64,000 nt of DNA, from assembly GCA_963746685.1 (NCBI GenBank), contig CAVVBY010000006.1, positions 11,511-75,510 of the forward strand, in the 5' to 3' direction. Below the pieces are notes generated by a model. The model made no database searches, was not told the DNA's origin, and saw only the letters and a program-made list of their open reading frames with translations. The translations under genes were made by a program, and so were the position numbers. Below are positions 21,626-34,223 of this stretch, one piece after another. Every line of letters starts with the position of its first letter. Position 1 is the first letter of the stretch. Origin of the DNA: an uncultured Bacteroidales bacterium. GTDB lineage: Bacteria; Bacteroidota; Bacteroidia; Bacteroidales; VadinHA17.

Positions 21626-23186
21626 GTGGTAAATAAGGATTTAATTATTGACGTTGGTGTTTCTGAGGTCTCTCTGGCGTTACTCGAAGACAAGCAATTA
21701 ACAGAGCTAAATAAGGAAAAGAGAAATATCAGGTTCTCTGTGGGTGATATTTACCTCGGAAAGGTAAAAAAGATCATGCCCGGGCTTAATGCAGCGTTTG
21801 TTAATGTTGGTTATGAGCGGGATGCCTTTCTTCATTATCTTGATCTCGGAGCCCAGTTCCGGACTCAGCATAAATATTATGCAACAGCAATTCAAAGGCA
21901 GGGTCGTATAACTCCGCTTCACAAAATCAAAGCTGAAGAGGATATTGATAAGGATGGCAAGATAACCGATGTTCTTAATGCCGGGCAGACAGTTCTTGTC
22001 CAGATAACCAAAGAACCGATATCAACAAAAGGACCAAGGCTGGCTTCCGAAATTTCTCTTGCCGGAAGAAATCTGGTTTTGATGCCTTTTTCCGACAAAG
22101 TATCCATCTCCTCAAAAATTGAGAGCGCTGAGGAAAAAAACCGCCTTAAAACTCTTGTCCAGAGCATAAAGCCAAAGAACTACGGTGTTATAGTCAGAAC
22201 TGTTGCCGAAGGTAAAAAAGTAGCAGTGCTGGATGCTGAGCTTAAAGAACTGATTAAAAGATGGGAGTCGGCATTTTATTCCATCAGGAAGGAAACCAAA
22301 ACACCCAGGCTTTTTATCGGTGAGATGAACCGTACCTCAACTATCTTGAGGGACATGCTTAATGTTACTTTTACTGGTATTCATATTAACGATCCGGTAT
22401 TAGCCGAGGAAGTAAGAAATTATATACGGGAAATAGCTCCTGAAAAAGAGAAGATTGTGAAGGTTTATAATGGTACCCTTCCGATTTTTGATCATTTTGG
22501 AGTAAATAAGCAGATAAAGGCACTCTTCGGAAAAACAGTATCTTTTAAACATGGTGCTTATCTGATAATTGAGCATACCGAAGCCCTTCACGTTATTGAT
22601 GTCAACAGCGGAAACAGGTCAAGATCAGGTAATGACCAGGAAGCTAATGCCCTGGAGGTCAACATGGAAGCTGCCACTGAAATTGCAAGGCAATTGCGGC
22701 TCAGGGATATGGGCGGAATAATTGTTGTTGATTTCATTGATATGCAGTCGGGTGACAATAAGCAGCTTCTGTTCGACAAGATGAAAGAGATCATGACGAC
22801 CGACAGGACAAAGCATAATATACTTCCCCTTTCGAAATTCGGGCTGATGCAGATTACCCGGCAGAGGGTCAGACCTGAAATGAATATCGTGACGGATGAA
22901 AAATGCCCTTCATGCCAGGGAACCGGACAGACACGTCCGACAATTCTCTTTACTGATGACCTGGAAAAGAATCTCGCATTCATTCTTGGATAAGATCAAA
23001 ACACGCAATATTATCCTGAATGTCCACCCTTTTGTGGCCTCATTTCTTAAAAAAGGGATTTTCCCGTTATACAGGAAATGGAATTTCAAATATAAAATCT
23101 TCCTTAAGGTTCAGGCAGTCACTTCGTACCATATGCTTGAATATCATTTCTTTGACAGGTATGATAATGAAATTGACCTGGCATAG
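21626..23186 (+). CDS. Rne/Rng family ribonuclease (frameshift near 22990)
   Basis: KEPISTKGPR, IDVNSG, QLRLRDMGGIIVVDFIDM, CPSCQGTG. Confidence 0.95.
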
Positions 23187-23234
23187 CACCCTTTTCAAAT
23201 CCACAAATCCTTTAGTCAATCACCTTTAAATCCA

Positions 23235-23327
23235 CCCCCCATCCCCCCCACAGGGTGGCTGTAAAAGCTATTATTATAATTTAAAGTCCCCGCCAATTGG
23301 CGGGTTGAAATGGTGATTTAGGGGGTT
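23235..23327. repeat. inverted pair of REP-like palindromes
   Basis: ccccccatcccccccacagggtggct and aaagtccccgccaattggcggg...gatttaggggg. Confidence 0.6.
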
Positions 23328-23369
23328 GACAAAGATTTGCTATTTTTACAAAGTATTAAAACCAGTTTT

Positions 23370-25362
23370 ATGCTTAAGAGAGCCATATTTACTGCAGCCG
23401 CAATTCTGCTTATTGCATTTAGTGCCAGTTCACAGATTTATGATCCGGTAACCTGGGATTTCAGTTATGAAAAGAAGAGTGAAAACAGCTATGAGCTTGT
23501 TTTCACATGCTGAAATTGAAAAGGGCTCTCATATTTATGCTATGGAGATCCCGGAAGGAGGTCCTATTGCTACATCCTTCACTATAAATGCACCATCCGG
23601 CTTTACACTTGACGGGAAACCATATGAAGTGACAAAACCGGAGGAGGTCTTTGATGAGGCTTTCGGTTTTAAAATAAAATCTTTTAGCAATAAAGCGGAA
23701 TTCCGGCAGAAAATAACTTCTCAAAGCTCTTCTTTTATTGTTACAGGTCTTGTTAATTTCATGTCGTGCAACAATACTACCTGTTCTCCCCCGAAAGATG
23801 TCGAATTTTCAATAAAAATTGGTGATCAGGTCAAGGATGGCAACAGCGGTTTCAGCTAGACAGTCAGAATATGGTACCCGAAACCAGCAAAGGAGGAAAA
23901 GGATTGCTCAAGTTCTTTCTTCTCTCTCTTCTGGCAGGTTTTGCAGGAATACTTACACCCTGTGTTTTTCCGATGATCCCGATGACGGTTGCATTTTTCT
24001 CACGGGGATCTGAAAACAGGACCAAATCGGTTGTCAAAGCATTGATTTTCGGAGTCTCAATTGTACTTATCTATTCACTTCTTGGAATTATAGTTTCGCT
24101 TACAAGTGCAGGAGCAGGATTTGCCAATACCTTAAGCACTCATTGGATACCAAATCTGCTGTTTTTTGCCTTGTTTGTTCTTTTTGCAATATCATTTTTT
24201 GGTGCATTTGAGATCGTTTTGCCAAATAAATGGGTTTCGGGAGCCGATTCAAGGGTTGATAAAGGCGGGATGATAGCTGCATTTTTCATGGGACTGACAA
24301 CTGTGATTGTTTCTTTTTCATGTACAGGACCTATTGTGGGCGCTCTCCTTGTTGAAGCGGCATCAGGCGATGTATTGCGCCCGACTATTGGAATGCTGGG
24401 TTTCGGTCTTGCATTTGCATTGCCATTTACAATTTTCGCACTTTTCCCTTCAGTAATGAACAAGATGCCAAAATCAGGCGGATGGCTTAATTCGGTCAAG
24501 GTGGTCCTGGGTTTTATAATGCTTGCTTTCAGCTTAAAATTCCTGATGACTATCGACAGTGTTTATTCTTTCAATATTCTTGTCAAGAGATATTTACCTT
24601 GCCATATGGATTGTAATATTCACATTGATGGGTTTTTACCTGATGGGCAAGATCAAAGTTTCATCACGACAGCGACCTTCCTTATATAGGAACATTCAGA
24701 CTTTTCCTCATAATAGCGGTCTTTTCATTTGTTGTATATCTTATCCCCGGATTATTCGGAGCCCCTCTTAAAGGATTATCTGCACTGCTGCCATCCCCGG
24801 AAACATCAAAATTCAACCTTACAAGGATAATGCCGGTAAATACTAGCTCAATCTTCACCTCCGGCATCTTCGGTTTTTTCAAGTGAACTCTGCTCAACCC
24901 CACTGCATGATGATATCTTTGATATGCCTCTTGGACTGCAAGGTTATTATGACTACGAGCAGGGGTTGAAATGTGCAAAGGAACAGGGAAAACCTGTCCT
25001 GCTTGACTTTAAGGGTCATGCATGTGCCAATTGCAAGCTTATGGAAGCAAAAGTATGGTCCGATCCGGAGGTGCTGAGACGACTCAGGGAGAATTTTGTA
25101 ATTATTGGTCTGTATGTTGATGACAGAACATTATTGCCTGAAGCTGAATGGATAACTTCGTCAATTGACGGTAAGATTAAGAAGACGATCGGGAAGATCA
25201 ATGAAGATCTCGAGATCTCAAAATTCAAAACCAATGCCCTTCCGTTATATGTGATTACTGATCATGAAGGTAATCCTGTGAATAAGCCGATGCCTACAAA
25301 TATGAATGTTGGAGGAGTATAAAAAATGGCTTGATGAGGGAGGTGAGCTTTTTAACACCTAA
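23370..25362 (+). CDS. dsbD: DsbD-family thiol:disulfide interchange protein (several frameshifts)
   Basis: N-domain SCNNTTCSPP, TPCVFPMIP, SFSCTGP, PKSGGWLN, thioredoxin CANC. Confidence 0.88.
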
Positions 25363-25390
25363 TCTCAACCCCTCTCCCGGGGGAGAGGAG

Positions 25391-26478
25391 CTATTTAATA
25401 TAGATATTTCCCCTTTTAGCATCAATTTTTACTTTTCTTGAACCCGGACTATTGCCGATCTCACCGGTGATCAGGTATTCCTTTTTGTCTTCGTTTAAAG
25501 CCTCTTTTTCGGATTTTATGTTTTTCTCAGGGAGGACAACGAATGCATTGGTATGCCTGATATCGAATTCAAATGAAGCTGAAGGATCAAAATCTGCTGT
25601 AATATCTGAATAATCTGAGTTAAGGTTTATCTTTTCGAAATGGCATCCACTCTTTCAGCATCGAAACTGCCATATTTCAGATCAAGGTCAGTGATTCCGG
25701 TGAGGCTTTCAATTTTATAATCGGTGAAATAGGAAATTCCGCTTATACCGGAAATATCACCGATGTAGAATTTGTCTCTTCGCGATTCCACATTTACTTT
25801 TTCTGCTTTTCCCAGCTCAAACCTTGTGGAGGTGCTGTTTATTGAAAGGTCGTCGCTCTGGCTTATTTTTATTTTTGAGAAGGTCGAATTGATCTTTCCT
25901 GATTTGACCGAACCTATTTCAGCATCGCCAAAGTCGAGGGATAATCCGGAAATCCGGTTTAGGGAATTTGCCTCAAAATCACCATTGGAAAGAGCAACTG
26001 AAATGACTCCCGTGTTATTTTCCATGGAAATATCACCAAACTGGTTTTCAATATTAATATCAACATTATCAGGGATGTTTATATAATAGTTGATCTGCAC
26101 CCTGGAATCATAATCTATTATTTTACCGGTTATTCCTTTAAAACTCTCGAGCAGTACTGTTATTTCCCTGTCCGAATTCAGTCTCTGCCCTTATCAGAGA
26201 ACCTGTTCCGGCAATATTGATTTCGATTCCGTCAAGCATTTTTTGAAGCTTTGAATGATTCGGTGCAAAAGCTTCAATTTCGGCCATTATATGGACTGAA
26301 TCTTTTTTCCATGATGTAATGCTGGATATCTCCATACTTGTTTATTACTTCCAGCCTGGCATCTTTGCTCAGGGGAAGGGATTTCAGTAAAGCTCCGCTT
26401 TTCAGAGACAGACTGTGCTGAAAGGGGACAGGCCAGTATTAATATTAAGCCGATAGAAAAGATGCTTTTGTATTTCAT
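25391..26478 (-). CDS. exported hypothetical protein with DUF4097-like beta-repeat (frameshifted)
   Basis: Signal peptide; NKYGD, NQFGDI, LKYGS repeats. Confidence 0.7.
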
Positions 26479-26513
26479 TTTAGTTATTATAATCAGGTTA
26501 AACTTCAGAATAA

Positions 26514-26540
26514 AGACGAAGATAAAACAGGAATGTTACA
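26514..26540 (-). promoter_or_regulatory. putative ECF sigma promoter
   Basis: TGTAAC-N16-CGTCT, 35 nt upstream of ATG 26478. Confidence 0.55.
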
Positions 26541-26548
26541 CCCCTGAT

Positions 26549-28145
26549 TTAAACTATTTTATTTTGTTGCGGAAAGGACCGGAAAACAAAAATCACACCT
26601 AATGTCAGAATGCTGATCACACATGCCATATACAGAAGATAATCACCAAACCTGACATAAGGTGTTATCCGGTCTTCATAATTAAAAGTGCCTTTAATGA
26701 CAGATGGAACCCACCACTCGGTTTTTTGGATAATTTTCCCCCTGATATCAATAAAGCAGGAGATGCCTGTATTTGCTGATCTGATAACCGGTCTGCGGGT
26801 CTCAATCGCCCTTAATGAAGAATAGGAAAGATGCTGTTTATAACCATATTGTGTTTTTCCACCAGCCATCGTTTGTTATTATAAAAATTGCTCCCGCACC
26901 ATCTCTGATATAATCTGTTATATATTCTCCGAAAACTGATTCGTAACATATGACAGGAGCGATTTTTTGTGATCTGTCAGCATTTTCGAAACAGGTTCTG
27001 GCATCCTGTGTGGAATAACCACGGTTTAAGCCCCCAAGTTCAGGCAGGAACCGGCTTATTAGCCCGAAAAATCCCCTTGAGGGAATGAACTCGAATCCGG
27101 GTACCAGCTTTGATTTGTGATATATTTCAATCACAGCACCTGTGTCAATTTTTAATGCCGAATTAAAATAGTTTCTTGCTGTCCGACGATGATTCCGGCT
27201 ATTGTCCTGACGGAAGATGAACTGAAACTGACCATTCCTGTTACAACACTTACTGGATGGCCGTTCTTTAACAAAGTCCCTGATCATTTTGACATATTTG
27301 TTGTCAGTCAGCATGTTTTCATCAGCCGGGTCATCAATTGTTGTTTCGGGTGTTACAAGCCAGTCTGTATTATCAGAAACAACAGGCTCAGCCATGCTGA
27401 TTACTTTTTCGAGTTGTTTCTCAAAGGGGACTGTAAACTTTTCTTTATAAGGGTCGAAATTTGGCTGGACTATTACGACCTCTTCTTCATAACCTGAAGC
27501 TGGATTAATTGTCTTATACCTTATAACGGAGATGATGGAGGGTACTAAAATTATTATCAGCCATACTGAAAATGTACAAAAAGTCTTTTCCTGTTTTTTG
27601 TAGGCAAACTGACCAGAAGACGGAATAAGAACAAATTTGAAAGAAGTATCCATAAAGTTCCCCCGGCAGTACCGGTGACTTCATACCATTGAATGAAATG
27701 AATGTCTTTCGATAGTCCGTTCCCAAGGTTAATCCAGGGGGAGAGGACAGGAATTCTCAGGCATAAGAATTCAAGGGTGAGCCAGAAAGCTATCAGCGAC
27801 ATATAGCCCTGAATGTCTCCTTCCCTTAATCTTATCCTGTGTGCAAGCCACATTGTAAATGCCATAAGCAATGCTAGCAGTTAAAATCACGCATATGGCT
27901 GCAGTCATGCTTACTACTCTTATCCATCCCAGAGTCAGGATTGAAAAAATAACAAAACCGGGAAGGAGATAAACGAAGCAGGCATTTGGAGAATATCTCC
28001 TTTTATTCTCAAATAAATGGTTCTCAATAATAAAAAACGGAACGAATGAGCACAGGAGGATAAGTCCAGGACACCATTCAGTCCATGCCAGTCCCGATAA
28101 AACTCCGCCGCAAACAGAAAGAGCTGCAAGTGAGTACTTATTCAT
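26549..28145 (-). CDS. lnt: apolipoprotein N-acyltransferase (several frameshifts)
   Basis: VQPN, PET, YHKSKLVPG, ICYES, ITNDGWW, RSANTGIS. Confidence 0.92.
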
Positions 28146-28399
28146 TTATGCTTCAGCCATTTTTGATCAGGCCATAAAAATAAGTCACTCTTTTGGACCT
28201 GAAGGTTAAATTGAACACGATTTTATTGTTTTTTGCAAAATAATTTTGTACATTTACAATTGTAAAACCTGAAGTAACAGAATAACTGGATTAATTTCCT
28301 TGACAGGATTAAAGTAAGAAATTAAAGATATTTAGAGTTTAATACTTTAGAAAGAAGCTTTTACTGTCCAAAAGCAATTTTTCCATTCTTTTCATGGCT

Positions 28400-28433
28400 G
28401 CCCCGTACGCCAATCAGCGGAACGGGGCTTTTT
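28400..28433 (+). terminator. strong intrinsic terminator with no upstream + strand CDS
   Basis: gccccgt...acggggc stem followed by ttttt. Confidence 0.7.
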
Positions 28434-28523
28434 GCATTGTTAAATTGTGTTAAATGCAGGCTATCAGGCATTTTGATCTCCCAATTTAATTAAATTGCAC
28501 TGTAAAACAACCTCAGAAACCGA

Positions 28524-29735
28524 ATGAGAAAAATTGTATGTTTTTTGCTTATCATCTTGCTCTTGCCCGGTTGTAAAAAAAATGACAGGCAACTTATTAA
28601 ACTCGCAGAAAAAATTCATGAAAAAACTCTGACAGTTGATACGCACTGCGATACTCCAATGGACATGGCAAGATCAGATTTTGATCTTGGCGAACGCCAT
28701 ACTGAAGGTTGTGTTGATTTTCCAAGGATGATTGAAGGCGGTCTTGATGCCGAATTCTTTGCTGTATTTACGAGCCAGGGACCAAGAACCGACAGCGTTT
28801 TTGATAAAGTGTACGGCTATGCCCTTGATGTTCTGGAGAAAATTCACAAAAATGTTGAAAAGAATTCTGATGTTGCAGAGATTGCATATTTCTCCTGATG
28901 ATGCTTACAGGTTAAAGAAAGCGGGTAAAATTTCAGCTTTTATCGGAATCGAAAATGGTTACCCTATAGGCAAGGATATTTCGCGGATCAAGGAATTCTA
29001 TGACCGTGGTGCAAGATATATTACGCTGTGCCATACAAGAAACAATGATATATGTGATTCATCTACCGATCCAAAAGGTCCGGAGCATAATGGGCTCTCA
29101 TCATTCGGAGGCGAGGTGGTTAAGGAAATGAACCGTCTTGGTATGATGATCGACGTTTCACATATTTCCGACAAGGCATTTTATGATGTTCTCAAATTAT
29201 CGGAAGCTCCAGTAATTGCATCGCATTCATCATGCAGGGCATTATGTGAATCTCCAAGGAATCTTAGTGATGATATGCTTCTTGCACTAAAGAATAATGG
29301 CGGAGTTATACAGATTTGCATACTCAGTGAATATATCAAAACCCCGGATCCAAATCCTGAACTTGACGCAAAACTTAAAGAATTATCGGAGAAATATGGT
29401 GATTATCAGCTCTCTTTCTGACGACAGAAAGAAAGCTTGCCCGGTCAGAATACAGGGAGATTCAGGAAAAATATGAAAAGCTTGCCACGGTGAAGGATGT
29501 TGTGGATCATATCGATCATGTTGTTCAGGTGATAGGAGTGGATCATGTTGGTATCGGGACTGATTTCGATGGAGGAGGTGGTGTTGACGGATGCAAAACT
29601 GTGGCCGACATGAAAAATATTACGAGTTGAATTGCTGCGCCGCGGGTATACCAGAGCCGATATAGCCAAGATATGGGGTGGTAATATTATGAGGGTTTTA
29701 AAGAAGTCGAGTCAAAAAAAGAGGAGAAAATTTAG
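28524..29735 (+). CDS. membrane dipeptidase (peptidase M19), lipoprotein (frameshifted)
   Basis: DTHCD, GIENG, IDVSH, ASHS, GTDFDG; lipobox LPGC. Confidence 0.9.
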
Positions 29736-29798
29736 AATGCATTCTGAGGCTTTCAAACCTGAATTTAAGAACTTTTTACTCTTTTAAATTTAAGTGCT

Positions 29799-30849
29799 TT
29801 AATAATCCATACCGGCAAGAGGCTTGTATGAATTTCTTTTCTTAAGGTCTATATACCATCCAAGCTTTTTTGAAACAGGCATTTTATGAGTTTCGACAAA
29901 TTCAATCAAGTATTCCGTCAGGATCCTCAATATAAGCAAAATAACCGGCAGCCTCACCCATATCAAAGCTATCACCTTGCCTCGAATGCTTGCTGTCGAC
30001 CACAAATGGAAATCCGTTACTGCTGCAAAATTTTTTGAGTTCATCCATTCCAAATATATCATAGCACAGATGAATAAATCCTGGATCACCCCAAAACCGG
30101 CCTTCATATATTTTTTTACCCGGATTGCCCATAGCGCTAACAAGCTCTATTACACTCGGACCGAAAATTTTGCTGAAATATCCTGAAAATGGTTTGGAAC
30201 TTTTCAGAAGCACCCTGCGGAATTCATTTTTCCCGCCAGGCAGGACAGCAAGATCAGGGAAAGATCCTGTGGAATCATATATAACTTCATCATATCCAAG
30301 AATATCAGAATAAATCACTCTTGACCTTTCTATATCCGAAACACCAATAACTGCACCATACGATCCGCCGCATTACTTTATTCTCATTCATGAACCAGTT
30401 ATCTCCCTCAACCATCTGAAACATATTTCCGAAAGGATCTTTTAGAAAGAAAGTCTTTTTACCTGACGGATCATTCAACGGATCGCCGCAAAGAATGCAA
30501 TTATTTTGCTTGAAGAAAGACTAGGCTGTATCGATATTCTTTACTTTCATTTTGCAAATGAGGATGCCAAGATCGCCGATTCTTATTTCCTCTTTTATCT
30601 CCATGTGGTTCTCTTCCGCTATACTGCCATACCTCAAAACCGCCCCCGCCTTGAAGGTTTAGTGCCAGGACAGCATGTCTGCTTCTGAGGTTTTCCTCCG
30701 GTATAAGGCAGCATAAGATTAGCTTCTGTCTCATCTTCAAAAATCCGGCAGTCCATACCAAACATCCTGTTATACCAGTTCCATGCTTCTTCAAGATTTT
30801 TCACTCCGATTCCGATCTGTTGAATTCCTCCAATTTGATAACCCTTCAT
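29799..30849 (-). CDS. VOC/glyoxalase family protein, two-domain (frameshifted)
   Basis: GIQQIGIGV, QGGGGFEVWQY, GFIHLCYD, YIEDPDG. Confidence 0.8.
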
Positions 30850-31677
30850 TTCAATGATTTTAATATTATGCTAGATTTTACTTTGTCTCCAATTCTGAAA
30901 AAGAGCCATGGCCAGATACGTCTGATATACAGCATTATTAATTCGCTTCTTCCGACGAGTATTTCCCTCTTGTTTTTAATAATTCCCCTGATGATTATTT
31001 TTGCTGCTTTTTCAGGTGATAATTCCCTTTGCCAGTCCGTCATCCATTTTCCCGTGTTCTTTGCCTTCACTGTCGAGTGCATGCAGGGATATATGTGTTC
31101 TTACCCTTCCGGGTATGATGACAGATGTTCTGATATTATTCGTTTTGTTTTCGAGATAAAGAGTTTCGAAAAAGCCGTGAAGAGCCTGTTTTGATGCCGA
31201 ATAGGCTGATCTTAACGGGAATCCGAATCTTCCTGATATGCTGCTGGTTGCAAGGATGTGCCCGGACTTTTTTGCTTATCATATACGGAAGAACCGCCTT
31301 AGTAAGAGCAATTGTCCCGAAAAAGTTTATTTCAAAGATCTTTCTGTCGAGCCATAGGGGTGTTTCATCTATTTTTGATCTTTGGCTTATCCCGCCAATA
31401 TTCAACAGGTAATCGATTTTTCCTGATTGTATTGATCTGCTGTTCAACAAGCTTTTCAATTCCTGATGTGTCGGAAAGATCAAATGGGGCACAAATTATC
31501 ATTCCGGACTTGTCTGCCACAGGCTTTTTTAACCCGTTCCAGTCCGGGCAGATCATTTGAGGAAATAATAATCTTTGCACCACGTTCTGCAAATTCATAA
31601 ACCAGTGCCTCACCAATACCTGATGATGCTCCGGTGATCCAGACTACTTTTCCTGTGAACATATTATTTTTCCTCAT
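30846..31677 (-). CDS. short-chain dehydrogenase/reductase (frameshifted)
   Basis: ITGASSGIG, GGISQRS, EINFFG. Confidence 0.88.
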
Positions 31678-33009
31678 CTTTCAGTTGTTGATACCAGTGA
31701 AATCAGTTCATCATAATTTTTCCTGAGTTCCGAATAGGCAGAATTCTTTTCCTTAATATACTTTCTTAATCTGAAGCCTCCTATTATTCTTCGGAACAAA
31801 ATATTATAGTTCCATGCAAATATTCCTGCAACAGGAATTGTCAAAAAGATAAGTATTGCCAAGCCACCATGGAGAAAATATCAACAGGGAAACAATCAGG
31901 TAAACCGGCAGAAAAATGAATGCGAGGGCAAGAGATATCCCGAACCTGATGGTACTGTGAAATTGCAGGTCCTTTGTTTTTCGTATCTGTAATTCAGGTA
32001 ATGAAAGAAAAGTCAAAGTGAAAATATTGCCGAACAGCCAGACGGGAAAAGTCAGAAAAAGTCCGGCCAACCCTGCTATCAGCCAGCCAAGCGGGTGTTT
32101 TTTCTTTTCAAGCAGCCTGTAAGTTATATTAAGTTCTTTGGCTTTCTTTTTAACCTGCAGGCTAAGGGAGCAAATCTTATTATAAGTTTGGGGATCAGAT
32201 ATTTTTAACCGGTTCAGCTTGTCAATCAGGTTTCTGTCCCTGTAAAGCTTGGGGAACTTGATATTATCGCTGTATCTTCCGTTTATTATGCTTCTCAGCT
32301 CATCGATTGCCTCGTAATCATCCTCCGATTCAATGTGGACCATTACTTTTTTAATTTCAGTCGAGAGTCTGTCCCTGAGGTCGTTAAGAGCTTTTTCAGG
32401 ACTTTCCTTATAGAGCTGATAATACTCTGAAACTTCTATTGGTTTGCCATAAACAACAGTAAGCACCTGCCTTAACCTGCTATAGTTTGAATATTCGATG
32501 CCAACAGGAATGATCTTGATTTTCAGCTGAAAGCCTGTTGCTTCGTCGGCCTGGAATGCAACACGGCAGATTCCTTTCTTAAGCTGCCTGAGTCTTCTGA
32601 ATCCGGCATGGTCACCTTCAGGAAGTATTACAAGACCATTTTTATTCTTTAAGACATCAATGGTTTTAAGGAAGATTTCATCATTTGCCTTCAGTGAACT
32701 GAATCCGTCACGGATCCTGTAAACCGGCAGTATCTTAATGAAATACAAAAAAGAGGCAATTGCTTTTCTCTTGAAAATATCGGCTCTGGCCAGGAAAACC
32801 GGTTGTCCCTTATGCGTAAAAAGAACCGCCAGAGCATCCATCAGGGCATTCTGATGATTGGGTGCAAAAATCAGATGATCGTCAGGATTTATATTCTCAG
32901 CACCCATGACAATTATTTTCCTGTAGAAAACATTATCATGCCAGAAGCCGACAGCCTTTTTAAAAAGCGCATAGCGTGCCGAATATTTTTCAATATTTTC
33001 CTTGCCCAT
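31674..33009 (-). CDS. PlsC-like glycerophospholipid acyltransferase with C-terminal TM region
   Basis: NHQNALMD (HX4D), LPEG, IPVG. Confidence 0.88.
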
Positions 33010-33157
33010 TCAATCAGGTTAACTGTAAGTTCCCTGCCGGGAATGCAGGAAACATCTAAAAAAGATCAATGCAAGTTAAAAAAAATGACTTGCAGTAATT
33101 AAAATCCTGAGCAAATTAATGATTTTATCAGGTAATAATACGTCTTTTTACCACCCG

Positions 33158-33553
33158 CTAAAGATGGTCAATATCGTCAGTGAACCTGTCAAGATTTCTT
33201 CTTTCCTTTTTTGTCGGTCTTCCTGTACCTTTTTCCCTGTAACTGGTAAATCCCGCATGCCTGATATCGAGCTTGATCTTTTCTTCTTCCGGGGTAAGAT
33301 CTTCAATATATTTACTTACGAGTTTGGCAGAGACACGGTTTTCAATTGGTTCAATTATTCGGTAGGTATAGATTACCGGCAGCTTCTTCACAGTGATTAT
33401 CTCATCTTTAAGGACTGATCTTGATGGTTTGACCTGGATATTGTTTATGATTATTCTGCCTCTTCTGCAGGCTTCCGATGCAATGCTCCTGGTTTTGTAG
33501 ATTCTTACTGACCAGAGGAATTTATCAATCCTTACTGGTGTGATCTCCGGCAT
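33158..33553 (-). CDS. hslR: S4-domain ribosome-associated heat shock protein Hsp15
   Basis: RIDKFLWSVRIYKTRS, GRPTKKERR. Confidence 0.9.
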   Translation of the reverse strand: MPEITPVRIDKFLWSVRIYKTRSIASEACRRGRIIINNIQVKPSRSVLKDEIITVKKLPVIYTYRIIEPIENRVSAKLVSKYIEDLTPEEEKIKLDIRHAGFTSYREKGTGRPTKKERRNLDRFTDDIDHL

Positions 33554-33574
33554 TATCAGGATTATGAATTCATA

Positions 33575-34194
33575 TTACTCCGGCTTTTTTCCCCGCTCTT
33601 CTTCCTCCTCTTTGCTGACGGGTAATTTTGATGACCTGTTGAAAGCTGTCATCGTAAGTTCGGTACCAACAGTTCCGAACGATCTTATCATTTCGATGAC
33701 AATCTGTGATTCTTTCATCAATGAATTTTTTCTCTTCCGGACTCCATTTCCCCAGAACATAGTTTACCTGAGAGCCTTTCCTGAAGCCATTTCCAATGCC
33801 TACCCTGATCCTGCGCATATTCGGAAGTTGAGAGTATTGCATTTATATGTGCAAGGCCGTTATGACCACCGTCGCTTCCCTTTGGCTTCATTCTTATGCT
33901 TCCAAGAGGCAGTGCAATGTCATCAACAATCACAAGAAGATTTTCAACAGGGATCTTTTCCTTTTTCAGCCAATAGCTTACGGCGTTGCCGCTAAGGTTC
34001 ATATACGTCGAAGGCTTAAGAAGCACAAAGGTTCTTCCTTTATATTTTGTTTCGCAGATGAAGCCATAACGGCGGTCTGAAAAAGAAGCACCTGATGCAT
34101 CAGCAAAAGCATCCAGAATGGAAAAACCTATATTGTGCCGGGTATCAATGTACTCTTCACCAATATTTCCCAGGCCAACTATCAGATATTTCAT
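33575..34194 (-). CDS. pth: peptidyl-tRNA hydrolase (frameshifted)
   Basis: [29 protein letters not shown]. Confidence 0.96.
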
Positions 34195-34223
34195 TGTGCC
34201 TGATTAATGAAGCAAATTTCTGT

